DNA of 64,000 bases from Laetmonice hystrix (lineage: Eukaryota): positions 54,562,001 to 54,626,000 of the forward strand of contig OZ249436.1 in NCBI GenBank assembly GCA_965235115.1, in the 5' to 3' direction. The notes below the pieces were generated by a model. That model was not told where the DNA came from, searched no databases, and was given only the letters and a program-made list of their open reading frames with translations. A program made the position numbers and the translations under genes. Below, in pieces: positions 40,159-52,352 of the stretch (its first letter is position 1; every line of letters begins with the position of its first letter).

Positions 40159-41393
40159 TTTACTCCAAACTGTGCCGACTTCCTGCAACATAAAACGTTA
40201 GGCAATGAATGAGACATGGTCGACGTGGGGGTCTGGCTAGTACGGAGATATTTATTTTGGACATAAAGCCGCTGCTGAGCCTGTCTCAATCTTGTTTTCA
40301 TCTGGTGCCAAAATACAGCATGCAGATAAATAAAGTTTAACACACTTATTGTTTTGCATGTGTGCAGCATCTTCCTTTTTATCTTTTTCTTTCTTTCTTC
40401 CTCTTAAACCAAAAGTTCTACATTCAATGTTGACAATTCCTTCCGATTTCCCTATAGTGCCTACTTCCCCAAACACTTTCAACGTCAAACAGAAACGATA
40501 TCATAATGCTACCGCTCTCCAAACCATCAATGACAAGCACATGTTTTTGATGTCAGTGGTGTTGACTGCGAGAAAGACATTATCGTGGGTCGACCGCATG
40601 GCGGTCTTGCAATTATGTATTATAAGCGCAGTATTGCAGACAAAGTCAAACTGATTAAACAATCAAATAAAAGGTATCATGTGCAGGGCGGCTCGTGAGG
40701 CTTTCCTCTGGCAACACTCCAGCACGTAACAAGAAAAACGTGTAAACAAGTCACACAAAAACCGATAATATATCCAGTGGTTAATATATATGACAAGCGC
40801 ACCTGGTGGGTTACCTCACATGACTGATGCTATGTCGTCGGTTTAGGTTCACGATGCCACTACGATGTCGGTTTGGGGTAAAATTGCTTATGGTGGATAG
40901 CCCGCTTAAGCCTACCTAGCCTAGACGGCGTTACTGAGTGATATGTCACTGAGTGATATGTCACTGCCGGTAACTCGATCGATCCAGCGTTTTGTAGGCC
41001 TACTTATTCTACGGCCGTATCATTATCAATGACTATGGAAAGCAGATAAATCTGCGCTCGCCCCTGGGTAGCACCTAAGTCATATTGAACTACCCTGAGT
41101 TTACCTGAAAAAATACCCAAACGTGGGACAGGAACAATTTCTAGGGGAGCGATTCAGCTCTCCTCGGATAACCAAGGGGAGTGGATGGCTCCCGTAAAGA
41201 TTTCAAATGTCAAGCACTGGGCCATAATTCATTTTGGCAAACTAAAACATTAAAAACCTTAATTCATGAACGCTCCAGGAGTTATGCATTTATCATGTAA
41301 CTCAACTGAACCCATGCTGTCCTCCCCGTGGTCTCTCAATCAAGGAACGAGGCGGTGTCCTGTCTGTCTCAGTGTCTGGCATTTGCTGATTTG

Positions 41394-42461
41394 TACTGTG
41401 GCCGAGAAGTGCACCACGGCTCGGCGTACTGTAAAACCTCGGCTCGGCCACCCTAAACCTCGGCTCGGCTAACTCCAAACTACCAAACCTCGGCTCGGCC
41501 AACTCCAAACCTCGGCTCGGCCAACTCCAAACCTCGGCTCGGCTGACCCCAAACCTCGGCTCGGCTGACCCCAAACCTCGGCTCGGCTAGACATAGGTAA
41601 ACCTCGGCTCGGCTAGCCTGTAGGCCCTAGTACCAGATTAGTCCACTAGAGGGCTACCAGGTATCCACCACCCATACTTACCAGCTAGGTGGCGTCAGTT
41701 ATTTCCTTTTAAATCATTCTTAATAGAATTTACTGCAGTTCTACCTTTAGGGCAAAAATGTGTCAGAGAATAGGCCTACAAGTAGAGAAAATTGATTCTT
41801 ACATTTTGTCAGACCATGGCATACAGCTAGATTGATACTGATAAAACTGTGTAGTTGGAGGGAAGGCTGACTCTCTTTCTCGCCCCAATTATCGCTCAAT
41901 ATTCGATTCAGGGTGCACAACAATGAGTGGTCCACTCACTGTGCTTTCCGCCAGTAAATTTACTTAACACAAGAAAAAGAGTAGACCTGTCGAATTTAGA
42001 AGCACGGTTCATCCTGACCCTAGATTCTACTGAGAAACTCCAAGTCATTTAAGATAATTGCTCATAGACAGAGACTTTTTTTTAACGTGCATGCTTTCTC
42101 GACATCCCGAGGCGGCGTTTTAGTTTGACAAGATCCGACAGATGTCACTAGTGAGCTACCGAGTTGGGGTTAGCCGTGCCGGGGTTGGGGTTAGCCGTGC
42201 CGAGGTTTGGGTTTAGCCGTGCCGAGATTTGGGGTTAGCCGTGCCGAGGTTTGAGGTTAGCCGTGCCGAGGTTTGGGGTTAGCCGTGCCGAGGTTTGGGG
42301 TTAGCCGTCCCGAGGTTTAGTAGATTTTGCTAGCCGAGCCGAGGTTTAGGGTTAGCCGAGACGAGGTTTAGTAAATTTTGCTAGCCGAGCCGAGGTTTAG
42401 GGTTAGCCGAGACAAGGTTTACTGTTATAGCCGAGCCGTAGTGCACTTCTCGGCCACCGTA
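41394..42461. mobile_element. Non-autonomous TIR element with mirrored subterminal ~20-bp tandem repeats
   Basis: TIR TAC(T/G)GTGGCCGAGAAGTGCAC(C/T)ACGGCTCGGC. AAACCTCGGCTCGGC repeats at the left end are inverted at the right end. GATTTG flanks both sides. Confidence 0.9.
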
Positions 42462-42568
42462 GATTTGGCCTTTTTCCCCCAACCTGACGTGAGAGCTCGG
42501 CTCCGGTTCGGATCCGTTTGATTCTTGAGTTGACAGTTCTATTGATTGTAATCATTATGTTAGTAAGC

Positions 42569-42663
42569 CAGTGCCGTGGTGGATCTAGAGGGTCAGGGGG
42601 GTCAACCCCTCCCTTGGCACCCCCCCCCCTCGCCCCGGAACAAACAAACCTGGATCCGTCCTG
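42569..42663. mobile_element. Small CAG..CTG (GGATCC-type) element
   Basis: Degenerate TIR, G/C tracts, flanks TAAGC and TAAGA. Confidence 0.4.
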
Positions 42664-43843
42664 TAAGATCTGAAGTCATGATGATAATATTAGGGTAAGA
42701 ATTCTTGATCACAGTACCTGGCCCTGGGCTGAAGCTGAAGGTCGGCTGACACTGGGCGATAATACGGACCTTAAAGTTCGACGCGCTTCGGCTTCGAATG
42801 ACAGGCCGAGAGGCCGATTACAGTCGAAAATCCTCCCCTCCAATCATGCTCTAGTCCTTAGACTAGTCTCCACCTGCGCTCACTCCTGTAGCGGTCGTTA
42901 AATATAACAGCTTGTAGTTACCGCTGACTCCTACCAGAGCTCCCCTATGTTTTCACGTGTTATAGGCGCTGCCATCTTGTTGTAAACATAAAATGACGTC
43001 ATCAGGAAATCCCTGCCGCGGGGAGGGGATACCCCCGTGCGGTCAGGCCGTGTGGTTGGACGGATGTATTCTCGCTGGGAGCACGGGCCTACGGGGTCTT
43101 GATGATCAAGACTGAAGTCAAAGGCGAAGCCAAGGCTTTTTTGTTGGAGGGAAGGGGTCTATTATTCAGGTCTGCATTTGGAGGCCTAAACTAAAGAAGT
43201 TGAATAATTCCAGGTAACTTCGATTTAACCCGGCCGACTCAAAAATTAAAGCGATAGAGTCCACATGTAGGGGCCGTATCCTGGGGGGGGGGGGGGGGGG
43301 GGCAGGGGCAGCTGCCCCCCCCCCCCGTGAACTCCCAGAAATTGTGACCCACCAAAAGTGGCCCAGCAGGCTTTTCATTTCCACATGCAGGCGCATAGCT
43401 TCCATTATAGGCACGCGTGACTACACATTTTGCCCCAGAATAAAAAATAGATTTGCCAAAAATGCAATAGGGGCCTACCATATAGGTTACAAAATTAATA
43501 ACAGGAGATGGTTGTTATAGGTCTAAGGGCCTATGTGTAAAATTTAATTAAAATACAAAAATGTAGATGAAAAAAAATACCCGGGTTGATAGTGATTTGC
43601 CAAAACAGAATGCCCCCCCCCCCCCAAAAAAAAGTGCCTACACATTTATTTCAGCCAAGCTAAGCCCCTGCCTCAAATGCCTCGCACAGCCCGAATCTAA
43701 CATAATTAGGCATATAGCCAATAGAAGGGGCAGGTGGATTATTGTATGTTGCCACGTGTTATTTAATGACATTTATGTCGACGAGGGCCTGGGCGAAGGG
43801 GTAAAACATAGGCCTTGCTCGGTGACACAGACTAGGCATTATA

Positions 43844-43959
43844 CACTCTAAAAACAGATTGGTTGAATTAACCAATATTGGTTGAAATGTGTCCAACCAA
43901 TCCAATTGGTTGATTCAACCAATATCTTGGTTAATTTCAACCAATCTGTTATTAGAGTG
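43844..43959. mobile_element. 116-bp palindromic MITE, CAC..GTG termini, TA TSD (EnSpm/CACTA-like)
   Basis: TA|CACTCTAAAAACAGATTGGTTGAA...TTCAACCAATCTGTTATTAGAGTG|TA. Confidence 0.85.
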
Positions 43960-44759
43960 TAGGCTTAGGCATAGGCCTATTAAAGTACAAACGTCTGAAC
44001 AAACCAAATTGTTCAGACCAGAAAATATTGTCACAGGCATTTTAATATAGTACCCTATATTTCAGCATCTAGGCCTATAGGCCTATCCTTGTTCCATGTG
44101 AGCCTTTGACGAGGTCGTGGGGGGAGGGGTTGTGAGAGGGTGAAGGGTAAGGGGCACATGTCATTCCCCCACTGACTGTGGAGGACAGAGCCACCGTCCG
44201 TCCTCCACTTCTGGAGAGTCTCAGGCAGAACAGGAAGTGTGTGCCGTCACTCATGCGCACCTCCTCCTTCCGTCACGAAGCACTATGAGGACCAATTACC
44301 CTCGACGTGAAGTCGTTGATCTATAGAGGCGCTGCCAAGTGATATCCGCCTTCTCTTGGGACTTTAGGCATGCATCGTTATTGATTTCCCCTGGCAAAAA
44401 GATTGGGGCAGACATCAGTTTCTGAAGATTAGCGCAGGGCTTGGGTCTCTAACTTTATAACACTGACAATTCACATAGAAGACTTTGCTGTGTGCCTTGG
44501 CTCTGAACCAGTTTTAGGCTACATGGTAGCCTACTATAAATATACTGCATCACTTAAATTGTAATGATCACTTTGTTTGAGAAAGATAATAGTAGTGATG
44601 ACATTTTCTGATTATCTGAGAATTACAGCCAACCCATGAATGTTCTAAATAGAGGACATATTGCAGTGTGCAAGTGGTTGACCCTGGTTCTATTTAGATT
44701 ATCTTTCTTAGCCGGAGGGGCGCGAGTTGGTGGTAGGCCTAATTGCCCCTCTCACGCTG

Positions 44760-44795
44760 TCTCGCTCTCTCTGTCTCTCTCTCTGTCTCTCTCTC

Positions 44796-44854
<59 letters not shown>

Positions 44855-44866
44855 GTCTCTGTCTCC
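44760..44866. repeat. (CT)n/(CTCTGT)n microsatellite
   Basis: Seen directly in the sequence. Confidence 0.95.
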
Positions 44867-45186
44867 TCTTTCAGATCCGTGAGGGGTTAAGGTTAATGAA
44901 TCACATTATCTCAATTTATAGGGATATTTATGCCGATGAATATGACTTTAAAGAGGGGGGGTCATAATCATGCCACTTTACTTGTAAGTTGGAATATATT
45001 TCACAAAAAACATCTTCTACGGATCCCCCAACATACACACCCTTACCAACCCCGCTGTGAGTGACGGGAGTGGGTAACATCATTCCCGTGCTGAAAACGC
45101 TCTGTTCGGCACCACTGAGTGCTCCACTGTGGTGGGTGACGTCACAAAATTGTAAACAGAGCCTGGAGCAGCAATAAGATAGGGTC

Positions 45187-45335
45187 ATGGCATCTTCAGA
45201 TTCAGATAACTCCTTTTCTAATGATGAATCCTGTTATGAGATGGAAAATTTCTACGATTCTGGAAGTGGGATAGATGAGGAGGAGGATGTTGGAGCAGAA
45301 CAAGAGGTTTTGGGGTGGATGTATGAGCCACAGAG
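45187..45335 (+). pseudogene. N-terminal stub of a KolX/P2X7-C-terminal-like protein
   Basis: MASSDSD..acidic..LGWMYEP resembles the acidic leader plus Y.FEP motif recalled for these proteins. Confidence 0.5.
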
Positions 45336-45339
45336 ATGG

Positions 45340-45510
45340 GCATCTCCGAAGTGGTCAAGTGCTACACACATAGCCTAGAATCACCCCTTCTTGAGCTGTT
45401 ATAAGTTCATCCACTTTCTCTTCAGGGTTTCCTCTTTTGGTATAGAGAAAAGAGACACCCCATCTGGACATGACTGTCTACAATACTTCAGACAACTAGC
45501 TTCACCATTT
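45340..45510 (-). pseudogene. Frameshifted THAP domain (transposase N-terminus)
   Basis: C.KYCRQSCPDGVSLFSIPKEETLKRKWMN, followed after frameshifts by YVCS..HF, giving the THAP C2CH, P and W signature. Confidence 0.7.
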
Positions 45511-46874
45511 TCTCTTGACAATCTTGTGGGCATGTAAGCCGGTGTCTTCACTGCGCTATCATAGTTGCTGATAGCGCGTGGCATGGCTTGGGTTGATCTG
45601 GGTCATCCCATTACAAGTTTGTGACTCATATAATGATATGCAGTGTTGATGGACCTAGATCGGGTCGTTTGGGAAAGGGGTGAGGAATGCCACTTAGAGT
45701 GTCCCTATAAAATATGTTTTCTTTGTACACCGGCACTTATATTCAGGAATTGGGCTCGAAACTATTCTATTTCAATGATATTTAATGGAAACAACTTAAA
45801 ATTATTATGACCCCCCCTCTTTAATTGTGTTTGACGTAAATGGAATGCTTGCTTACCGCCTGCCGTGTGAAGGGATTTGGATGCTGTTTCGTGCGCCTCA
45901 GCAACAGTCAGGGTCAAACTGAGGCGGTTAGTTTTACTGATGGAAGAAACCAGAGTGCCTTGGGGAACCAGAAAACCTGCAGCAAGTACCGCCTGCGCGA
46001 GAGTAGAGAAGCCCTGGAGGGCGATGCTGGGTCCACCTCGAACGGAAGACGATCACAGTACCTGTCAGTTAGATGAGTTAGCGTTATCGTACAGTGCCCG
46101 ACCAACGTACGTAAATTGGCTGCATGGGCTTTCATTGACTATGCCTCTGACAATCAGCTGCTTCTGCGGCATGTATTACTTCCTGTCACAATGTGTTAGG
46201 GGGTGGAGAGAGTTACATGCAAAAAGAACAAAATAATAAGCTTTCAAAAATCTTGTATGGGCCTTTCATTGATCAGTTTAGTTTGAAACAAGCTGAGATT
46301 GTTATGAGACGTTAACTGATGTGTACAGATTGGTTGAATATAGTGGCGTCCAGCCGTGCGAGGATTGGAAACCTGGCCAGTTGTCTGGCGACCTTGACGA
46401 TGAGGAACCAGCAGTATGATATATATATAACTGCAGTCTTTGTCATTATGGTATGGCTTCTGGCACTCACAGCAGGAACACAATCTGCAGTATCTATTTA
46501 CTGTGACACACAGCTTCTTTAAAAAATCAATGCTTCACTTTTGTTTCTGAAGGCTGCAATTCAAAACAAAAAGACGCCAGTAGGCGTATTGTAATTCTTT
46601 TGTTCGTTTGTAACAAACCCGAATATGTCACAAGTCACAAAATATCATTTCGCAGTATGATTGGGGTCATTATAACTCATGACATAATATTGTGTGAATC
46701 CTTTCTGACCAAATTGATGAGTTCTATGAAAAGGTAATGATAATGTGTTTACAGGACTTTTATAAACCCCTATTCGCCCATAACATCTGTAACGGTCGAC
46801 CGCCAGTCCTCATTGTCCTGAAGATCATTACATCTTGGTCAGACTGGATAAAAAAATGGTTTCAAGAGAAACCT

Positions 46875-47062
46875 TAACACAGCAAGCCACTGGATGCGCG
46901 GCCTCAACACAGCATGCCGCTGGATGCGCTGCCTCAACACAGCAAGCCACTGGATGCGCGGCCTCAACACAGCAATTAAGCCACTGGATGCGCGGCCTCA
47001 ACACAGCAAGCCGCTGGATGCACGGCCTCAACACAGCAATTAAGCCACTGGATGCACGGCCG
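46875..47062. repeat. ~30-33-bp minisatellite, ~6 units
   Basis: Unit CACTGGATGCGCGGCCTCAACACAGCAAGC. Confidence 0.9.
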
Positions 47063-47175
47063 GGAACGAATATCACTTCCTGTCTTTGTGCTGTCAAATA
47101 CTTAACAACAAACTGCTACCATATACATAGTTGCCCTTCCATCGTGCCTCTTCGTGTATAAAAAGCAGGTAGCCA

Positions 47176-47179
<4 letters not shown>

Positions 47180-47230
<51 letters not shown>
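47180..47230. repeat. (CT)n microsatellite
   Basis: Seen directly in the sequence. Confidence 0.95.
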
Positions 47231-47234
<4 letters not shown>

Positions 47235-47757
47235 TGTCTTATATCAGAGAGAGATAATTTTCTCGGTGCCCTTTTCTCAACTGACGGTCCTATAACTAAC
47301 TATACAGTCAATGATAGATCCACTTATATAGGGACTTTTTAAAGATCTGCCTCTAGACACAAATTGTCCGTGATGGTTAACCCCCTCCAAACCCTAGAGA
47401 GGAGTTGTACCTTTGTGAGTGGATCTAAGGGGGTTAATTGAAATCCGTCATATACTGCCAAAATCCACATGCACAGATGCATCGTGTGTGTGTGTGTTTT
47501 TCTTTTTAAATGCACGGGCATCAGGAATCGAACCTCGGCCCAAGATTACGGCACCCATTCGCATAGCATAAAGTATCAAACGAAAACCTAAGACACGACA
47601 GAAAATCGTGTCTTACCTTCGCAGGCAGTGTGAGGCAGGTATGCAGGCAAGAAGTGGCGTTCGACTTCAACGTGACCACGAGCCTCCTCAGAGTATTGAT
47701 CAAAGGCGAACGGCGAGTGTTAAGAAAGTGTCGGATTTGCCGTTAGACTTTGGGACG

Positions 47758-48089
47758 CAGGCCCGTAGCCAACCCATAATGTTGGATAGGACACAATTTC
47801 AAATTCTGGACCTTTTCTAGCCAGCCCATATTATGTTGGGTGGGGCACATTTTCAAACTCTGGACCTTTTGCAACAATGAATTAAAGGAAAGCCAAAATA
47901 TAAGATTTATAAACTGCATGAATAACTACATTTAATAGGCCCATTGGTTGACATCTTGTCCAAGATCATTTTCAGGACTAAAAGTCCAGTCTAAAATTTG
48001 GGAAAAGTTGGCCATTTGGACCTTACCAGATTTTGGGTGGGACACGGGGCCCCCTTGCCCCCCCCCCCCCCCCCCCGCCTACGGGTCTG
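47758..48089. mobile_element. CAG..CTG non-autonomous element with poly-C subterminal tract
   Basis: CAGGCCCGTAGCC / GCCTACGGGTCTG TIR; no TSD recognisable. Confidence 0.55.
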
Positions 48090-48829
48090 AGAGGGCCTTC
48101 AGGGCCCCATGCTTCAGTGAAGACCATTTTTGTTGGATTTTTCCCCGCCGGTGTCCGTCTTTCTTCTGCTTGGCTCAAGACTGCTATTATAGTTGCATGT
48201 GGCGGCCTCTATTTAGAAAATTATCGAAATGGTTTCTGAATTCGAAGAGGGACATGACCTATTAATGACATCAACAGCAGTCGCTTTAAACAATATTTTA
48301 TCTATGAATTACACCCCAAGAAGGCATAGTCCAATCCACCGTCTAATTACGGAAGGTATAGATCTATACCCAAGCCCCTAACGTGCGAACAGCGCAGTAG
48401 CGAACCCCTCAGTTGGAAAAGCTGCGGACATTCTCTGGCATTGAAAGCTCATGACCTCAATCAGCCAACAACTGTGAACTGTGAAATGCATATCCATCAC
48501 TCCATGAAGACCCACACTAACTACACAACCTCCTGTCCTACTGGTACCCGCGCTGACTTTTCACACAATTCTTCAAGACGTGATCACCATCCTTGAAACA
48601 ACCGCCAAGCGCCCGTCAAGGAAGGGCGTCTTGTCTTGCTTCATGGAACGATCTGTGGTGGAAATCTGTGGAAGCTTTTCGTTGTAGGGCAGCCCACTTA
48701 AAATGTATAGGTCTTCTAGCGTTTGGCCGATAATATATTTGAAGTTGTTATAAAAGTAGGCCTATATATATTTCTATTTTTCAGGCACACTACATTCTGT
48801 GCCTGTTTATAATGCCGCATTAAGAACCA

Positions 48830-49884
48830 CGAGACCCGCAGAGGTGGCGCTGCAGTCGACGTCAGCGCTGCCGTCGTCCCAGACCTGCCACAGTTGCAGT
48901 GGAGAGGCCGGTGTTGCCTGAACGTGCCATATGGCTTGCTGACGTCGTACCGCAGCAGACGATGTTCGGCGTTGTTCATGGACCGCTCCTGACCGAGGCC
49001 AAGTCTACGGCGACGTCAACCCCGGGATTTGTATGCAAGAGGCGACGTCGCACTCTTTCAAGATCATCACGAAATCAGAGAGACAAAAACAAGAGCGGCT
49101 TTCTATAGAATAACAATGCCTTCATTGGTCTGAATAGATCACTCCCCTGCTTAGCTCTTGGGCCACGTTTCCGACGTAGCAGGGAGAGTGTGGCGGGCTT
49201 TTTCAGTGCGCAGACGACATTGAAGGGGCCCAGGTGAAGGGGCCCATATTCATTCACGTCCATTTGGAACTCGTTCATCATTCAAGAGAGCCGGACCGGC
49301 AGTCAGCCCAGTGTCCGGCAAGTGGCAGTGGTGCCCTCAACATGCCATTGTAAAACATCTTAATCACTTCCCGGCCTAGGACCTACGGGGTGTGCCTGTG
49401 GACCAGGTGGAATTAGCCTTCCTACTGACGCCTTCGGCTCCCAGGATGGCCCAGCGAGAGACGCGGCTGGACAGCACGTCACAGGATCTCTAGCAAGTTA
49501 CTAAATCAGAGGCGAGTAGAAATAGTTCTTTGACACCCCATTCCCTAAAGGATCACTTGTTACCCGGTGGACGTTTGTTCTACGTATCGGCCTCACAGAG
49601 TTTAGGACTCAACGCGAGCTTTAATCTTTGCACGGAGTCGAAAGGCTTTCAGGAATCGCCTCATGAATTCCATTATCTCTTTGTGAAACCTATGCAGCAA
49701 CTGTTGGAAGTAGCCGTAGGCCTAGTGGTAGATCGGGTGGACTTTGTGAGGTGAGTTTCGCCTCTGTTCATTGCCCTGCCACTGCTGCGGCTGCCGTTGC
49801 TGTTGCTGACGCCGACGGCTTGTGCCAGCAGGCATTTACTCAGTCCTTCACCGTAGCAGAGCGCGTGACGGCGCGTGCGCCATC
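48830..49884 (+). promoter_or_regulatory. CpG-rich promoter/5' UTR of the 49885 gene
   Basis: CpG-dense, with several GACGTC half-CRE sites and an ATTGG box at ~49124. A possible short UTR intron starts at GAG|GTGAGT at 49751. Confidence 0.45.
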
Positions 49885-50449
49885 ATGATGACGGCTGGTA
49901 GACATCGCGGGCCGGGAGGAGGGGCAGGGTCCGGGCGTGGGGTTGGCGGCGTCAGGTCGACCGGACTGCTGCTCGCACCCTCCACAATCCACTTCCTCTC
50001 GGACCACGGCACAGATATTATGTCCCATGTCCTCTCCACAGACCTCGAGCGCAACATCACGGACATATCGCGCAAGATCGTGGAGAACGGAGATTACCCG
50101 AAAATCCAAGTGGTGGAGAAGGACGGCAATTGGTTCACGTTGAATAATTCCCAGCTGGAGTTGTGTCGCCGGCTCGAACGTGAAGGGTGCTGCCAGAGGG
50201 TCAAAGTGGACGTTGTGTCCATCACAGAAGTGCCAATACAGCTGAGGGGGATGATGGTGTTGCCCCGGCCTGACGGGCCTCCCCCACTGGGGCTCCGGGA
50301 CGGACCTGCCGGGGCCGGAGACGTGGTGGGACGGCCGCCGGCGGACAGGGCCGCCGAACCCGGCCTTAGCAGCAGTAAACCCGCCAAGGCCGCCGCCGCC
50401 GCCGACCACAACCAGCAGCAGCAGCTAAAACCTAGCTCGGCCGGAGAAG
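49885..50449 (+). CDS. First coding exon of an uncharacterised protein with a ParB/sulfiredoxin-like domain followed by a Pro/Ala/Gln low-complexity region
   Basis: gccatcATG start, 188 codons plus 1 nt, AAG|GTGAGT donor, GC-rich third positions. The globular segment is LAPSTIHF..YPKIQVVEKDGNWFTLNNSQLELCRRLEREG..VKV. The fold assignment is from motif recall. Confidence 0.8.
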
Positions 50450-51603
50450 GTGAGTCATGATCAGTCAGTATGATATCATTGTATGTTCATCCTGCATCTA
50501 GTGGTATAGATACAGAGTGGCAGCAGCCGCCCTGGTCGGCCTATTGTGAATGGCGACTTCTTTGAGTCTGGCGTCCAAAATTGTAGCCTACTGTCATAGA
50601 TCTACACTCCGTCAGTAAAAATCGACGGCGGGTTCCGTGTGTGGGAGGCACCAAGGCCGGGATGTTGTTCACATGAATGAATGATGGCTGATTCTGTGGC
50701 CAGCTTTATCAGACGGCTACACTACAGGCCAGCCACTGAACAACCAGACCCAATGATTGAATGGCTGGACACAGACTTCGGTTTGGTCAGTGGGAGTCCT
50801 CTCTATCGTCACAGACAGCTATGTTGTCTGTACTGTCACTTTCAGTTTAACATATTTATACGCATTCTAGATGTATGGCTTTTGTAGACCTAATGTCAGA
50901 ATGTTCCATTTCTCTCTGTGCTAACTGTGCGACACAGTCCTGTAGAGGGCCAAACCTGAAGCAGGGGTTCGAGGGGTCCAAATCCTCTCAAATATCTGAA
51001 TGCAACATGATATACGGATTCATGAAAATAAATTGTCCATCACAATCAAGAATACACTGATTTAATCAATTTATGTGATTTTTATACATGATTATATTCG
51101 TCCCAAAGCCCCCTCTTCCGGGAGATATGGGATCTGCTCCTACACAGACGATCAACGTGTTGCCACTTGTGTGCGCCAGTCAGTGAGAGGTTTGGTTGGT
51201 GCCTATCGATGGCACGCTGAGGAACCATCACTGGCAGACGACTGTTATTGACATTTTGTTGTACACACATGTACAACAGCTCCTGCCGCGCACCACACGG
51301 AACGGCAGAGGGGTAAACGGGGGGGGGGGGGGATCTGGACGCTTGCCGGATGCAGGGGAATAATAAGGTATCAAGGGGGGATCTGGACGCTTAATAAGGT
51401 ATCAAGTTGGGTTGGTTGGCATTATACGTCATGAAGCCAGAGTCAAAAGTCATCAAGTATAGGCCCCTAAGGATGCGGGGATTGTAAGCAAGGATTACGT
51501 CATGATAGCGTCGCTGTAGGTCAAGTCAGGATTCCAGACATTTACGTCAAGTCAGGATGGTCTAGATGTAAGTCATGGAGAACGGCAGAAATATGGTCAT
51601 TAA

Positions 51604-52352
51604 GTCAGGATGGCGGAGTTCACTGGCTCTTAGATATAGCATTATAGGCTGGTAAGATTGACGTCATTACGTCAGGATGGCGGAGTTCACTTATACTAGT
51701 TATAGGCTCTAAGTGATCTTTTTAGCTAGCATTATAGGCTGGTAAGATTGACGTCATTACGTCAGGATGGCGGAGTTCACTTACAGGCTCTAAGTGATCT
51801 TTTTAACTAACATTATAGGCTGGTAAGATTGACGTTATTACGTCAGGATGGCGGAGTTCACTGGCTCTAAGTGATCTTTTTAGCTAGCATTATAGGCTGG
51901 TAAGATTGACGTCATTACGTCAGGATGGCGGAGTTCACTTATACTAGTTATAGGCTCTAAGTGATCTTTTTAGCTAGCATTATAGGCTGGTAAGATTGAC
52001 GTCATTACGTCAGGATGGCGGAGTTCACTTATACTAGTTATAGGCTCTAAGTGATCTTTTTAGCTAGCATTATAGGCTGGTAAGATTGACGTTATTACGT
52101 CAGGATGGCGGAGTTCACTTACAGGCTCTAAGTGATCTTTTTAGCTAACATTATAGGCTGATAAGATTGACGTCATTACGTCAGGATGGCGGAGTTCACT
52201 TACAGGCTCTAAGTGATCTTTTTAACTAACATTATAGGCTGGTAAGATTGACGTTATTACGTCAGGATGGCGGAGTTCACTTATACTAGTTATAGGCCCT
52301 AAGTGATCTTTTTAGCTAACATTATAGGCTGGTAAGATTGACGTCATTACGT
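51604..52352. repeat. 77-90-bp minisatellite, ~9 units, each with CRE-like and GATGGCGG motifs
   Basis: Core ATTATAGGCTGGTAAGATTGACGTCATTACGTCAGGATGGCGGAGTTCAC; unit lengths of 90, 81 and 77 bp. Confidence 0.93.

Larger units (their letters stand above)
44952..45820. mobile_element. Kolobok internal-deletion derivative, 869 bp, with convergent KolX-like and THAP gene stubs
   Basis: TTAA TSD and a perfect 17-bp TIR AGAGGGGGGGTCATAAT. The + strand has an acidic stub ending WMYEP; the - strand has a THAP-like stub. Confidence 0.9.

Noticed and set aside
42930..42980. aagATGGCAGCG (MAAP...) as the true PTCD1 start
   Set aside because: It stops after 14 codons and has no phase-0 donor to join the 40182 acceptor; it could still be promoter or UTR.
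47510..47570. GGTTCGATTCC B-box (minus strand) as a tRNA
   Set aside because: No cloverleaf or A-box found; at most a SINE relic.
49840..50411. Antisense ORFs of 189 and 105 aa
   Set aside because: Shadows of the GC-rich plus-strand exon.
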